Assembly (NCBI GenBank): GCA_027451365.1 | Contig: DAIDJN010000011.1 | Span: 10,048 to 74,047 of the forward strand | DNA: 64,000 nucleotides | Source of the DNA: Phycisphaerales bacterium | Lineage (GTDB): Bacteria > Planctomycetota > Phycisphaerae > WQYP01 | Direction of reading: 5' to 3' | Part shown: in pieces, positions 39,848-50,036 of the stretch | How the letters are laid out: each line of letters starts with the position of its first letter | Numbering within the stretch: the stretch's first letter is position 1 | Program-made: the position numbers and the translations under genes | Notes under the pieces: model-generated | Seen by the model: the letters and a program-made list of their open reading frames with translations, nothing else | The model's database searches: none | Told to the model about the DNA's origin: nothing

Positions 39848-41635
39848 ATGACATCCCCGGAATCTGGGCATGCAAATATGGAAACCGCCGCCGCGGTTGC
39901 GACTTCTCCCGCCACGACCGGCCTTCGCCCGGCCGCTGCGCCCCGGCTGACCGACTATATTGACCACGCCACGCTCCAGGACATCCAGGATTCACTGGCA
40001 TCTGTGGCGGGAGTCAAAGCCACGATTTTGAATCAGGAAGGCGTGGCGCTGACACAGACCACGCTTAGCACGCGCTTTGTGTCCCGATCAGCCGCCATTG
40101 CCGAAGCGCGAAATCAGAAAGGGGACGCCGATCTCGACCAGCCATTCTCCGCCCCAATCATGGTCAATGGCGTGCGTTTTGGCAGCATTGTCATTGAACC
40201 GGCGAAGGCCGCGCCGCTGCGCGCCGCAGCGGTAAAAGAGCTTTCCGAAAAGCTGAATCTGCCGCCCGCGCAGGTGCGAACACTGGTGGAGGCCCTGAAC
40301 CAGGAAAGCCTCCTTCGTCGCACGGCAAGTGTGCAGTTTCTTTATCTTATGGCCAACGCCATTTCCCGGCTTTGCGCCCAGGAGATGCAGCTTCGCCGCA
40401 GGATTATGGAGTTATCAACATTATTTAATGTTTCTCGACTTCTGTCCGACGCCCGCGGCCTTCAACAGACGCTCGACCGTGTCACTTCGGCTGTGGTGGA
40501 CGCCATGGACGCCAAAGCCTGTTCCTTAAGGCTTCTGGATGAACAGCGCGAAGAACTGCTGATTAAAAGCGTGCATAACCTATCGACGGGCTATTTGAAA
40601 AAAGGCCCCATTTCACTGGGTAACAGCGGCGTGGATCGCGAAGCCCTGACCGGCAAATCCGTTTACATAGGAGATATGGCAACCGACCCGCGGGTGGCCT
40701 ATCCGGAAGATGCTCGCCGGGAAGGCATTGCTTCCATGCTTTGCACCGCCATGATGTACCGCGGCCACCCCATCGGCGTGTTGCGCGTTTATACCGCCGC
40801 CACAAGGGAATTCAGTGATTTTGATGTAAGCCTGCTTGAATCCATCGCCTCCCAGGCCGCCGCCGCCATTGAAAACGCCCGCCTGGCCCATGAGGCGCTG
40901 GAAAATGAGCAACTTCAGCGGCAGGTGCAGATTGCCGCCGAAGTGCAGCGTCGCATGATTCCGCAGGAATCTCCCAAGGCCGCGGGATTTGATATTTCCG
41001 CGCTGTATGTTCCCTGCTTTGAACTGGGCGGCGATTTTTACGATTTTATTCCCTTCGGCAATGGCAGCCTGGGAATAGCCGTGGCTGATGTGGTCGGCAA
41101 GGGCCTGCCAGCATCTCTCCTGATGGCCAGCGTGCGCGCCGCCGTGCGCGCCCACGCCATTGACATTTACGATCTGGATGAAATTATTTCGCGAGTGAAC
41201 CGCGCCGTCTGTGCGGATACCCGCAGCAACGAATTTGTCACACTCTGGTATGGGGTGCTGAATTTTGCCGCACGGCAGCTTACCTGCAGCACCGCCGGTC
41301 ACGAACCACCTCTCCTGGTCCGCGCCGGTCAGATTCGCGAATTAAACGCCGGCGGCATGGTCGTAGGTGTGCTGCCGGACGAAATTTACAGCAAGGAAGT
41401 GGTTCAACTGCAGACCGGCGATGTCCTTTTTGTTTATACGGATGGTCTGACCGATGCCATGAATTTTGGTGGCGAAAACTTCGGCAAACCGCGAATCCGC
41501 GATTCCCTTCTGCGGCATTTGCACCTGCCCGCCGAGCAGATATGCCGCCAGATGATGTGGGAAACCCGCCGTTTCGTCGGCCTTAACCGCCGCACCGACG
41601 ACACCACCATGGTTGTCGTCAAGGTTACCGGCTGA
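39848..41635 (+). CDS. SpoIIE/RsbU-type PP2C phosphatase with PocR-like and GAF sensor domains
   Basis: LQDIQD...APIMVNG..FGSI (PocR-like), GAF, LGGDFYDF, ADVVGKG, YTDGLTDA, DDTT. Confidence 0.9.
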   Translation: MTSPESGHANMETAAAVATSPATTGLRPAAAPRLTDYIDHATLQDIQDSLASVAGVKATILNQEGVALTQTTLSTRFVSRSAAIAEARNQKGDADLDQPFSAPIMVNGVRFGSIVIEPAKAAPLRAAAVKELSEKLNLPPAQVRTLVEALNQESLLRRTASVQFLYLMANAISRLCAQEMQLRRRIMELSTLFNVSRLLSDARGLQQTLDRVTSAVVDAMDAKACSLRLLDEQREELLIKSVHNLSTGYLKKGPISLGNSGVDREALTGKSVYIGDMATDPRVAYPEDARREGIASMLCTAMMYRGHPIGVLRVYTAATREFSDFDVSLLESIASQAAAAIENARLAHEALENEQLQRQVQIAAEVQRRMIPQESPKAAGFDISALYVPCFELGGDFYDFIPFGNGSLGIAVADVVGKGLPASLLMASVRAAVRAHAIDIYDLDEIISRVNRAVCADTRSNEFVTLWYGVLNFAARQLTCSTAGHEPPLLVRAGQIRELNAGGMVVGVLPDEIYSKEVVQLQTGDVLFVYTDGLTDAMNFGGENFGKPRIRDSLLRHLHLPAEQICRQMMWETRRFVGLNRRTDDTTMVVVKVTG

Positions 41636-41680
41636 TTTTTTTGCCTCTGGAAGGACTGGCCGCGCGGGCCGCGCTACCGT

Positions 41681-43153
41681 ATGTTGAACAACATGAAACT
41701 GCGGCTGCATTTCCGCCAAATCCCACTGCCGGCCGATGATACCGTCGGAATGCCGCGAGCGATTCTTGCGGTCCAGCCGCACGAGCCTGACACCGCAGCG
41801 GAAGTTGCCCTGTTGTACGATCCGGCGGGCAGATCCGTTCTGGCCACCCATCCGCTGGTGACGCTTCAAGCAAATCGCACGCGGGCGGCCTGTTTTTTTT
41901 CCAGCACCACCCATCGGCCTTATGCATCGCGCGCCGCCAGTGCAACACCCGACCCATCCGTATCGATTCAAACCGCGCTCCAGCAATGGCAGGCGGCCAT
42001 GGATGGTATTGAATTAATGGCCGACGAACCGCTGCCCGATCTGTTCGGCTGGCTGGGCTGGATCAGTTACGATGCGGGTTTAATGCTGGAAAGTCCCGAT
42101 ATTTTCTCCAGTCTTCCACCACGACTCCCGCTTTTCCGCTGGCAGCTTTTCCGCGACTATTATATTTTTGACCATCGCAATCGTCGGGCGCAATTGCTGC
42201 ACATATCCGCACACGATGCCCCAAATGCAGATGTCGCGCTTCGACGCATGGAAGATACCCTGCGAAGCGCCACAGGCGACAACGTTGCGTCCATAAATGG
42301 CCGGGCCGAATTGGTGGATCAGACACATCGCGCGGAATTTCAGCGGGCTGTGCAACGTACACTTGAATTCATCCGCGCCGGCGATATTTATCAGGCCAAT
42401 ATCGCCGCACGCTGGTGCATGAAGACCGATATCCCGCCGGCGGAACTTTTCGCCCGCATCAGCCATTTAAGCCCGGCACCCTATGGCGGCTTTTTCAGAT
42501 TCCCGCACGACCACCAGTCGCACGCGATTCTTTCAGTCTCGCCGGAATTGTTTATTGAACGCCGGGGCCGGAACTTGCGGACGCGTCCTATTAAGGGCAC
42601 GCGGCCGCGTTATCCCGACCATCCGGCCGCAGACCTGACCGCGTCACGCGACCTGCTGCAAAGCCCCAAGGAACAGGCCGAATTAGCCATGATAGTGGAC
42701 CTGCTGCGGAATGATCTGGGGCGCATCTGCCGGACCGGAAGCATCCGCGTCACTGATCCGCGAATGCTCGAACAACACCCGACCGTATGGCATACCGTCG
42801 CGGAAATTTCCGGATTGCTTGACGCGGGCGCTTCCTGGGGCGACATCATTGCAGCCCTTTGCCCCGCCGGTTCGATCAGTGGCACGCCGAAAATCCGCGC
42901 CACTGAAATTATCGCGGAGTTGGAACAGACCCCGCGCGGAATTTACTGCGGCCACATGGGATGGATCGGCCCCGCCGGAAACGGCACGCTGAATATCGCC
43001 ATTCGCACGGCCCATCTGGCCGGGAATGAATTTGTCTTTCAGGGCGGTGCCGGAATTGTGGCCGAAAGTGAACCGGCCGCGGAATATGAGGAAGTACTGG
43101 CCAAGATTCGCGCCATGCTGACCATCGAACGGGCCAGGTCCGCACCACTTTGA
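41681..43153 (+). CDS. pabB: Aminodeoxychorismate synthase component I (MST family)
   Basis: GDIYQAN, SPELF, TRPIKGTRPR (PabB-type Lys), MIVDLLRNDLGR, GSISGTPKIRA, NIAIRT. Confidence 0.85.
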   Translation: MLNNMKLRLHFRQIPLPADDTVGMPRAILAVQPHEPDTAAEVALLYDPAGRSVLATHPLVTLQANRTRAACFFSSTTHRPYASRAASATPDPSVSIQTALQQWQAAMDGIELMADEPLPDLFGWLGWISYDAGLMLESPDIFSSLPPRLPLFRWQLFRDYYIFDHRNRRAQLLHISAHDAPNADVALRRMEDTLRSATGDNVASINGRAELVDQTHRAEFQRAVQRTLEFIRAGDIYQANIAARWCMKTDIPPAELFARISHLSPAPYGGFFRFPHDHQSHAILSVSPELFIERRGRNLRTRPIKGTRPRYPDHPAADLTASRDLLQSPKEQAELAMIVDLLRNDLGRICRTGSIRVTDPRMLEQHPTVWHTVAEISGLLDAGASWGDIIAALCPAGSISGTPKIRATEIIAELEQTPRGIYCGHMGWIGPAGNGTLNIAIRTAHLAGNEFVFQGGAGIVAESEPAAEYEEVLAKIRAMLTIERARSAPL

Positions 43154-43284
43154 TTTAGCCGGCAGTTGCGGATGGAATGAAATACTTGATATTCGCACGT
43201 AAACGCATTAGCATCTTTTGCATACCCCGGGGATGCGCGGAGAATCAATCCGTATGCCTATTATGTCATTTTTTGGAGTAGCCA

Positions 43285-44145
43285 ATGGCTGGAATTAGAA
43301 GCGTTATTTCCACTCTGGCGACCAACGGCGAAGAGGTGATGGGACCGGACACAATTCTCTGGCACTATCCAAGCAACGACATAATGAATGGATCGCTGCT
43401 GACGGTGGAAAGCAATCATTTCTGCGTGCTCAAATCCCGTGGTGCCATTCTTAACGTCTATGAGACCGGTCAATTCCCGGTTGAGACTCCGCAGCGCCCG
43501 CTCATCGGTTCAATACAGCAGGCGTTCTACGGCGGACAAAGCCCATGGCAGTACGAGGCGCTTTACATCAATAAGGCGAAGCTTGTGGTGCAGACACAGG
43601 GGCTTGCACTATCCAGAGAAATGGCGGAAATGACCTACAATGTGGACTATTACGTTCATGTTGACACGAAGGAGGATGCCATTGCCCTGGTCCAGCATAT
43701 GCCCTACCGCGGCCACTCACTGACCACCAAAGACCTTAATTCTTACGCTGGACCGGTGGTGGAACAGGCTATCAATCAGATGATTCAGCTTACGCCGCTG
43801 GAATCGGTCAATGAAAAAATTGCGGATTTGACCCAATTGGTATTTGGACATCTGCAGGACTTTCTTAAAACTTACGGTATTTCATTAAATACTGTTAAAG
43901 TGTTGGTGCATCCGGCCGACCCGCGGATGAAGGCGTTAATCGCATTAAAGGCATTCGGACTCAACGAAAAAGAAGCTGTCCGATATTACACTGCCATGCT
44001 GATGGCGGAAAAGGGCATCATCAGCGCGCCGAACATGGCCGTTGGCCTGCCGTTCAACATCGGCTTCGCCGTACCGGGCATGGGCATGGACTTGCCTTCC
44101 GGAGCCGCCAACACAGCGGAATCGACCGGGGCGGCCAGCGCATAG
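43285..44145 (+). CDS. SPFH / band-7 domain protein (YdjI-like)
   Basis: ILWHYP..DIMNGSLLTV.SN...V...GAI..VYETG...T pattern; LQDFLKTYGISL..VKV. Confidence 0.7.
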   Translation: MAGIRSVISTLATNGEEVMGPDTILWHYPSNDIMNGSLLTVESNHFCVLKSRGAILNVYETGQFPVETPQRPLIGSIQQAFYGGQSPWQYEALYINKAKLVVQTQGLALSREMAEMTYNVDYYVHVDTKEDAIALVQHMPYRGHSLTTKDLNSYAGPVVEQAINQMIQLTPLESVNEKIADLTQLVFGHLQDFLKTYGISLNTVKVLVHPADPRMKALIALKAFGLNEKEAVRYYTAMLMAEKGIISAPNMAVGLPFNIGFAVPGMGMDLPSGAANTAESTGAASA

Positions 44146-44217
44146 GAAAACCCGGCCCCTCGCTTGAATCGGCAGACCATCCGACTGGCCCATCTCATCG
44201 GCTTTTGGAGGTTGTAC

Positions 44218-44763
44218 ATGACCGAAATAACCAGCCCGCTGTTGCAAAAGCTTGACCTCATGCTGCTGGGGGATGGCTTTAATTTCTACCGCGCGGAAAA
44301 TCGGCTGCGCGCCGACGATCTGCTGGTCCGCCAGAAAGCCTGTGCGCCGCTGGGTGATGCCGCGCGGCGCATCGGCGAACTTGCTATTGAATTTCAGAAT
44401 AACCACATCCCCGCACCCACACGGGACCAACCCTATCCGCCTGCCGAATTAACAGCCATCCTGCGGCAGCTTACCGAACTGCGAGCACGCATTTCAGGCA
44501 TGGCTGCGCGCATACAGGGTCTGCCAGCGCCCGCCCAGGACCGGATATGGCGGCGGTTCAGGAACGAACAGGGGCTGCTGGAACAACTTCTGGTCGCGGA
44601 CGCGGATATGCTTGAAAATTCGGGCCATATTCAGCGGCTCTGCGCCGCACTGACCTGTCCGGAGTTAAAAAGCCCCGTGGCCGGAATGGCTATTTCCAAT
44701 GCGCTGGACCAGTTGGATACCGCCTGCAACCGGCGGAGGTCCCTTCTGGAAATACCCGGATAA
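44218..44763 (+). CDS. Hypothetical all-helical protein
   Basis: GGAGG RBS; FY..ENRLRADDLLVRQ motif; heptad-rich helices. Confidence 0.7.
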   Translation: MTEITSPLLQKLDLMLLGDGFNFYRAENRLRADDLLVRQKACAPLGDAARRIGELAIEFQNNHIPAPTRDQPYPPAELTAILRQLTELRARISGMAARIQGLPAPAQDRIWRRFRNEQGLLEQLLVADADMLENSGHIQRLCAALTCPELKSPVAGMAISNALDQLDTACNRRRSLLEIPG

Positions 44764-45228
44764 ACAAGCAAGTGAAAGGCCCTGTATCTTCGCAGCCGTG
44801 ATCTTACCCAGGATATTGGCGCCAGGATTGGTTGCGGCACGGCCGCGATGCGTCATCCGTAGCGCAACACGTTCCGCCGGCGCGCCGCGAGACGGGCATA
44901 CACCGCCAAATAGCACCGGAATGCTGAAAACCGTCCAATATTTCGGTCTTGTTTAAGCAGTGCAACAAAAATGGGGTAGACTTCACGCTGGCCTGTTCGT
45001 CAGGCCAGCCTGGAGCAACCGCAATTTCGGCTCGCAAACCGCATACAGTACTGATGATTCAAAAGCCATGCGGCCGACTTTTCCCTGCCGCCACCGACAG
45101 TTTCCATGGTACCGGGCCGCACCCGCCATCCGCTGATAAAATTATTTTTGCCTTGAAAATGATGGACGCAATGGTATCCTGAACGGCTTGCTTTCGGCGC
45201 AGCCGGAGGTGCGTGACTGGAGTCTGCC

Positions 45229-46122
45229 GTGGACATACCCATGGATCCTGGCGTGCTGGAAAAAGCCGGCACGCTCATTGAAGCACTGGGCTACATCCAG
45301 CGTTTCAATGAAAAAATTGTTGTCGTCAAACTCGGCGGTTCCTTCATGGACACCCAGACCGAGTTGAGAAAAGTCCTTACAGACATCGTCTTTATGCGCG
45401 CTGTGGGTATGAAACCCATCGTGGTCCATGGCGGGGGCAAGGCCATCACTCAGGCCATGACCGATGCCGGGCTTAAAACTCAGTTTGTCATGGGACGCCG
45501 CTACACCGACGACCGCACCCTGGCCATTGCCGAACATGTGCTGATCAACGATATTAACACGTTTATTGTGGCCACCATTAATTCACTTGGCGGAAAGGCC
45601 ATGCCGCTGCATTCGCTGGGCAGCGCGGTACTGTTCGGTGAAAAGCTTTTTCTCCCTGGGCAGGATGGCCAGCGGGTGGACATAGGCCGCGTCGGCCAGG
45701 TGACCAGTGTAAATTCCGAACTGCTGCGGGCGCTGACCCAGGCGGATTTCATACCCGTTATTGCGCCAATTGCGCTGGATTCCTCGGGCGGAAAATTGAA
45801 TGTCAACGCGGATACCGCCGCCGGCTTTGTGGCCGCCGCCATCTCCGCTGAGAAAATGGTGCTCGTGTCGGATACCCACGGTATCCGCCGCACCCGGGAT
45901 GACGCCCATTCGCTGGTGCGCAGTATCACCCGTCGCGAAATTGAATCGCTGGTCGCCGAAGGCCAAATTGGCGAAGGCATGCTGCCCAAGGTGGAAGCCT
46001 GCTTTATCGCCCTTGATGGAAGTGTCAACAAAACCCACATTATTGATGGACGATTTCCCCATTCCCTGCTTTTGGAAATATTTTCTGATATGGGAGTGGG
46101 CACGGAAATTGTCCGCGGCTAA
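45229..46122 (+). CDS. argB: Acetylglutamate kinase
   Basis: VVKLGGS, VVHGGG, NVNAD, GMLPKVEAC, HIIDGRFPHSLLLEIF. Confidence 0.96.
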   Translation: MDIPMDPGVLEKAGTLIEALGYIQRFNEKIVVVKLGGSFMDTQTELRKVLTDIVFMRAVGMKPIVVHGGGKAITQAMTDAGLKTQFVMGRRYTDDRTLAIAEHVLINDINTFIVATINSLGGKAMPLHSLGSAVLFGEKLFLPGQDGQRVDIGRVGQVTSVNSELLRALTQADFIPVIAPIALDSSGGKLNVNADTAAGFVAAAISAEKMVLVSDTHGIRRTRDDAHSLVRSITRREIESLVAEGQIGEGMLPKVEACFIALDGSVNKTHIIDGRFPHSLLLEIFSDMGVGTEIVRG

Positions 46123-46144
46123 ACCGGAATATGAATTCGTTTTC

Positions 46145-46176
46145 AGGCCGAAGGATGCCATCCGGCGGCCTTTTTT
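46145..46176 (+). terminator. Putative intrinsic terminator between argB and argF
   Basis: AGGCCG..GGATGCCATCC..CGGCCT hairpin followed by a T tract. Confidence 0.5.
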
Positions 46177-46197
46177 AATTTGTTCGGAGCAAACCAC

Positions 46198-47151
46198 ATG
46201 ACACGAGGCCAGCCCGCAAACAGCCCGCACAAAACCGATTTTATCGACATTCTGCCCACCGCCCGCCCCATGCTGGACCGTTTTCTCAGCGTGGCCCTGC
46301 GGCTGAAAAAGCAGTATCTGACGACCGGCCGCAACGAACCCTTGGCCGCGGGCAAAGTGCTGGCCATGATATTCGAAAAGCCATCGCTGCGCACCCGGGT
46401 GAGCTTTGATGTGGCCATGCATCATCTTGGCGGCAGCGCGATTTATATTTCGCCCAATGAAATCGGACTCGGTGTGCGGGAAAGTGTCCCGGATGCGGCA
46501 CGCGTACTTTCCGGATTTTGCGACGCGATTATGGCCCGCACCTTCGCCCATGCCACCATTGAAGGACTTGCCCACCACAGCCGCCGACCAGTCATAAACG
46601 GTTTAAGTGATCACAGCCACCCCTGCCAAGTCATGGCGGACATCATGACGATTCAGGAACATTTCGGCCATCTGGACGACCTGACGGTCGCCTATATCGG
46701 CGATGGCAATAATGTCGCCAGATCGCTGCTCGAAATCTGCGGACTCATGGGAATCAAATTCCGCATTGCGGCACCCAAAGGGTATCAGCTTGATGAGTCC
46801 TCCATTGCCGCCGCCGGAAAAACAAGTCCGGGACTCGATTTTGCCGCCTGCCACGACCCGCGGGAGGCGGTCAGTCACGCGGATGTTATTTATACGGATA
46901 CCTGGATTTCCATGGGCCAGGAAGACCAGAAAGCCGCAAAACTCCCGATTTTCCAGCCCTATCAGATTAATCGCCAACTGCTTTCAGCCGCTCCGGGCCA
47001 TGCGGTGGTCATGCATTGCCTGCCCGCTTACCGCGGTGTGGAAATTACCGATGAGGTTCTGGATGGCGAACAAAGCGTGGTGTTCGATCAGGCTGAAAAT
47101 CGGCTGCATTTTCAGAAAGGACTTCTGGCGGTCTTAATCGGCGGCCAATAA
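46198..47151 (+). CDS. argF: Ornithine carbamoyltransferase
   Basis: FEKPSLRTR, HPCQ, GDGNNV, DTWISMGQE, HCLP, QAENRLH. Confidence 0.96.
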   Translation: MTRGQPANSPHKTDFIDILPTARPMLDRFLSVALRLKKQYLTTGRNEPLAAGKVLAMIFEKPSLRTRVSFDVAMHHLGGSAIYISPNEIGLGVRESVPDAARVLSGFCDAIMARTFAHATIEGLAHHSRRPVINGLSDHSHPCQVMADIMTIQEHFGHLDDLTVAYIGDGNNVARSLLEICGLMGIKFRIAAPKGYQLDESSIAAAGKTSPGLDFAACHDPREAVSHADVIYTDTWISMGQEDQKAAKLPIFQPYQINRQLLSAAPGHAVVMHCLPAYRGVEITDEVLDGEQSVVFDQAENRLHFQKGLLAVLIGGQ

Positions 47152-47250
47152 TTTTGACCCGGCTATTGTTCGTCTCACTCATTGCCGATCGCGCCGCGAT
47201 CCCCTGCGACTCGCGGCTGTAACCCGCAAACCGCACTTATGGAGTTTTTT

Positions 47251-47979
47251 ATGCCGAAATTCACGCTCCGTCACGACGGCCGGAAGCCCGATGAAATGCG
47301 TCCCGTCCGCATCACCCGCCATTTCACATCCCACGCGGGCGGGTCCGTATTGATGGCTTTCGGTCAAACACGGGTGCTTTGCACTGCCATGATTGAACCG
47401 GGTGTTCCCCCCTGGCTGGCCGGCAAAGGCCGAGGCTGGCTTACTGCGGAATATGCGATGCTGCCATCGTCCACGCATTCCCGTAAAAAGCGCGACAGCG
47501 GAAAGCCGGACGGCCGTAGCGTGGAAATTCAGCGGCTGGTCGGCCGGGCCTTGCGCGGAGTGGTAAATTTAGAAAAGCTTGGTGAAAACACACTCTGGCT
47601 TGATTGCGACGTGTTGCAGGCCGACGGCGGCACACGCACCGCCGCCATTACGGGGGCTTATGTAGCCCTGTGCGATGCCGTGACGGCCGCCCGCCGAGGC
47701 GGCATACTGAAGGAAAGCCCCCTTACCGGGCAAATCGCCGCTGTCAGTGTGGGGCTTGTGCAGGGCCGGCCTGTGCTGGATCTGGACTATCCGGAAGATT
47801 CCAATGCCGATGCCGATATGAACGTCGCGATGCTGGCCACCGGGGCCTTGCTGGATGTTCAGGCCACCGGTGAAAAGACCGCCTTCACGCCGCGGCAGCT
47901 TGCCCGCATGCTGACCATCGCGACGGCGGGCATCCGGCAACTGCATCGGCTGCAAAATCGGGCGATTAAAAGCCGATAA
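47251..47979 (+). CDS. rph: Ribonuclease PH
   Basis: GWLTAEYAMLP, GRSVEIQRLVGRALR, DVLQADGGTRTAAITG, DLDY.EDS.A..DMN. Confidence 0.97.
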   Translation: MPKFTLRHDGRKPDEMRPVRITRHFTSHAGGSVLMAFGQTRVLCTAMIEPGVPPWLAGKGRGWLTAEYAMLPSSTHSRKKRDSGKPDGRSVEIQRLVGRALRGVVNLEKLGENTLWLDCDVLQADGGTRTAAITGAYVALCDAVTAARRGGILKESPLTGQIAAVSVGLVQGRPVLDLDYPEDSNADADMNVAMLATGALLDVQATGEKTAFTPRQLARMLTIATAGIRQLHRLQNRAIKSR

Positions 47980-48112
47980 ACTGTCCGACAACCTGCAGCC
48001 GGCACCCGCCAGCCTGTACCGGCGTTTGACCGCTTACGCCAATAAATTTCACAGCGATATGGCCGCGATTATCCATCAGGTATAGAATAACAGCAGTAAA
48101 CCAAACGCGGCG

Positions 48113-49111
48113 ATGGTCCGGCGAATGTCCGACTATCCGACGTCGACGTTAAACCCGGCACCGCTAAAAATTTTCGTTGGCGCCGCACAGGAGTCCGGCA
48201 AAAGTATGGACATGCAACCAGATAAAAATGCTCCTCCCGCGGCCTTAGTCGCCGCCGGATCCGGTGCAGACTTAACTGCCGACGGATATCGCGGGTTCGG
48301 ATGGATTGCGGCACTGGGCCGATCCACACGCGAATCCATTCAGGCCGTCGGCGATTTTACCTGTTTTGTCGGCTCGGCGATCGGATGGATGTTGCGCGGC
48401 CCGGGCGGCCGCGCCATGCGCGATCTGATGCGGCAGATGTTTGAAATGGGGACTCTGTCGATTCCCGTGGTCATGATAACCGGAGCATTCATCGGTGCCG
48501 TGCTGGCTATTGAAGCCTATCCACAATTCGCCGCCATCGGCATCGCTTCGCGCCTTGGCTCGGTTATTGTCGTGAGCGTCGTCAAACAGACCGGCCCGAT
48601 TCTGACGGCTGTCATGCTTGCCGGCCGCGTGGGCGGCGCAATGACGGCTGAACTCGGCACCATGAAAGTCACCGAACAGATAGACGCCTTACGTGCGATG
48701 GCCGCGGATCCCGTGCGAACGCTGGTGGTGCCGCGCATACTCGCTTGCGTCATTATGACGCCGATTCTTACCATGTATTCCGATGCCCTTGGAATCTGGG
48801 GAGGCTGGCTTATTTCTGTCGGCGTGGATGGCGTACGGAACTATTCCTTCTGGCACTATGCCGCCGCCGGAACCGATTTATTCACGGTGAATGTCGGACT
48901 TATTAAAAGTCTGATTTTTGGAATGGTCATTGCCAGCATCGCATGTTACAAAGGATTCCGCTGCGGCAACGGTGCCCGCGGCGTGGGACAGGCCTGCACC
49001 GAGAGTTTCGTGGCCAGCTTTATTCTGATTCTGCTGACGAATTTTGTCATGGCGGTCATGTTGAATAATTTTTACAACTGGTTCTGGCCCAATCAGCCCA
49101 GCCTGTTGTAA
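48113..49111 (+). CDS. mlaE: MlaE family ABC permease (true start probably about 48206-48212)
   Basis: GPILTAVMLAGRVGGAMTAELGTMKVTEQIDALRAM..DP...LVVPR. Confidence 0.9.
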   Translation: MVRRMSDYPTSTLNPAPLKIFVGAAQESGKSMDMQPDKNAPPAALVAAGSGADLTADGYRGFGWIAALGRSTRESIQAVGDFTCFVGSAIGWMLRGPGGRAMRDLMRQMFEMGTLSIPVVMITGAFIGAVLAIEAYPQFAAIGIASRLGSVIVVSVVKQTGPILTAVMLAGRVGGAMTAELGTMKVTEQIDALRAMAADPVRTLVVPRILACVIMTPILTMYSDALGIWGGWLISVGVDGVRNYSFWHYAAAGTDLFTVNVGLIKSLIFGMVIASIACYKGFRCGNGARGVGQACTESFVASFILILLTNFVMAVMLNNFYNWFWPNQPSLL

Positions 49112-49164
49112 ACCCCGCTAACGCATCGCGGCGCGGCACGCCGCACGCCGACTGGTCAGCATGA

Positions 49165-49980
49165 ATGGATGCAAATACTATGGGTGATCCAAACACAGCA
49201 ACCCGGTCATTGTCTGACCCGATTATTCGTTTTGAAAATGTACACAAACGCTTCGGCCCGCTGGTGGTGCTGGATGGCATGTCGCTGGATATTCCCCGCG
49301 ACCGCACCACCGTTATTCTGGGGCCTTCAGGCGTAGGCAAGTCAGTACTGCTCAAGCATATTGTCGGGCTGCTGCGGCCGGATTCGGGAAAAATATTCTT
49401 CTGCAATCAGCGGATTGACCATCTTGGTGAACGGGACCTTGAGCCGTTCCGCAAGCGCATTGGCTTTCTGTTTCAGCTTGGCGCGCTGTTCGATTCCATG
49501 CGGGTCGGAGAAAACGTCGCATTTCCAATCCTTAAGCAAGGGGGAAAAACGCCTGACGAAATTCGCGACATTGTCCATGAAAAGCTCTCGGTCGTTGGAA
49601 TGGAGGGAAGCGAAAAAAAGTGGCCCGCCGACCTGTCCGGCGGCCAGAAAAAGCGTGTCGCACTGGCCCGCGCGATTGCCATGAATCCAGAAGTAATACT
49701 ATACGATGAACCGACCACCGGCCTGGACCCCATCCGTTCGGATGTGATTAATGAACTGATTCTTAAGCTTAAGGAAGAACTGGGCGTCACCGGTGTGGTG
49801 GTCACACATGATATGACCAGCGCTTTTAAGGTGGCCGATCAGATTGTGATGCTGTTTAACGGCAAAATTGTTACCCGCGGCACCGCCGATGAAATTCGCC
49901 ATTGTCCGGATCCGGACGTTCAGCGATTCATACTGGGTCGCGCCAGTGAGGAAGACCTGCGGGCGCTCCATCGCATGTAA
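49165..49980 (+). CDS. mlaF: MlaF family ABC ATP-binding protein
   Basis: GPSGVGKS, FQ.GALFDSM, LSGGQKKRVALAR, YDEPTTGLDP, VTHD. Confidence 0.9.
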   Translation: MDANTMGDPNTATRSLSDPIIRFENVHKRFGPLVVLDGMSLDIPRDRTTVILGPSGVGKSVLLKHIVGLLRPDSGKIFFCNQRIDHLGERDLEPFRKRIGFLFQLGALFDSMRVGENVAFPILKQGGKTPDEIRDIVHEKLSVVGMEGSEKKWPADLSGGQKKRVALARAIAMNPEVILYDEPTTGLDPIRSDVINELILKLKEELGVTGVVVTHDMTSAFKVADQIVMLFNGKIVTRGTADEIRHCPDPDVQRFILGRASEEDLRALHRM

Positions 49981-50036
49981 GCCGGATAAAACGAGGCCGT
50001 GGCGGCTCCATTGACCACTGGGCACGACTCCGACTT

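Noticed and set aside
48113..49980. mlaE-mlaF without mlaD as a novel transporter
   Set aside because: The MCE subunit may simply be encoded elsewhere; both proteins look canonical
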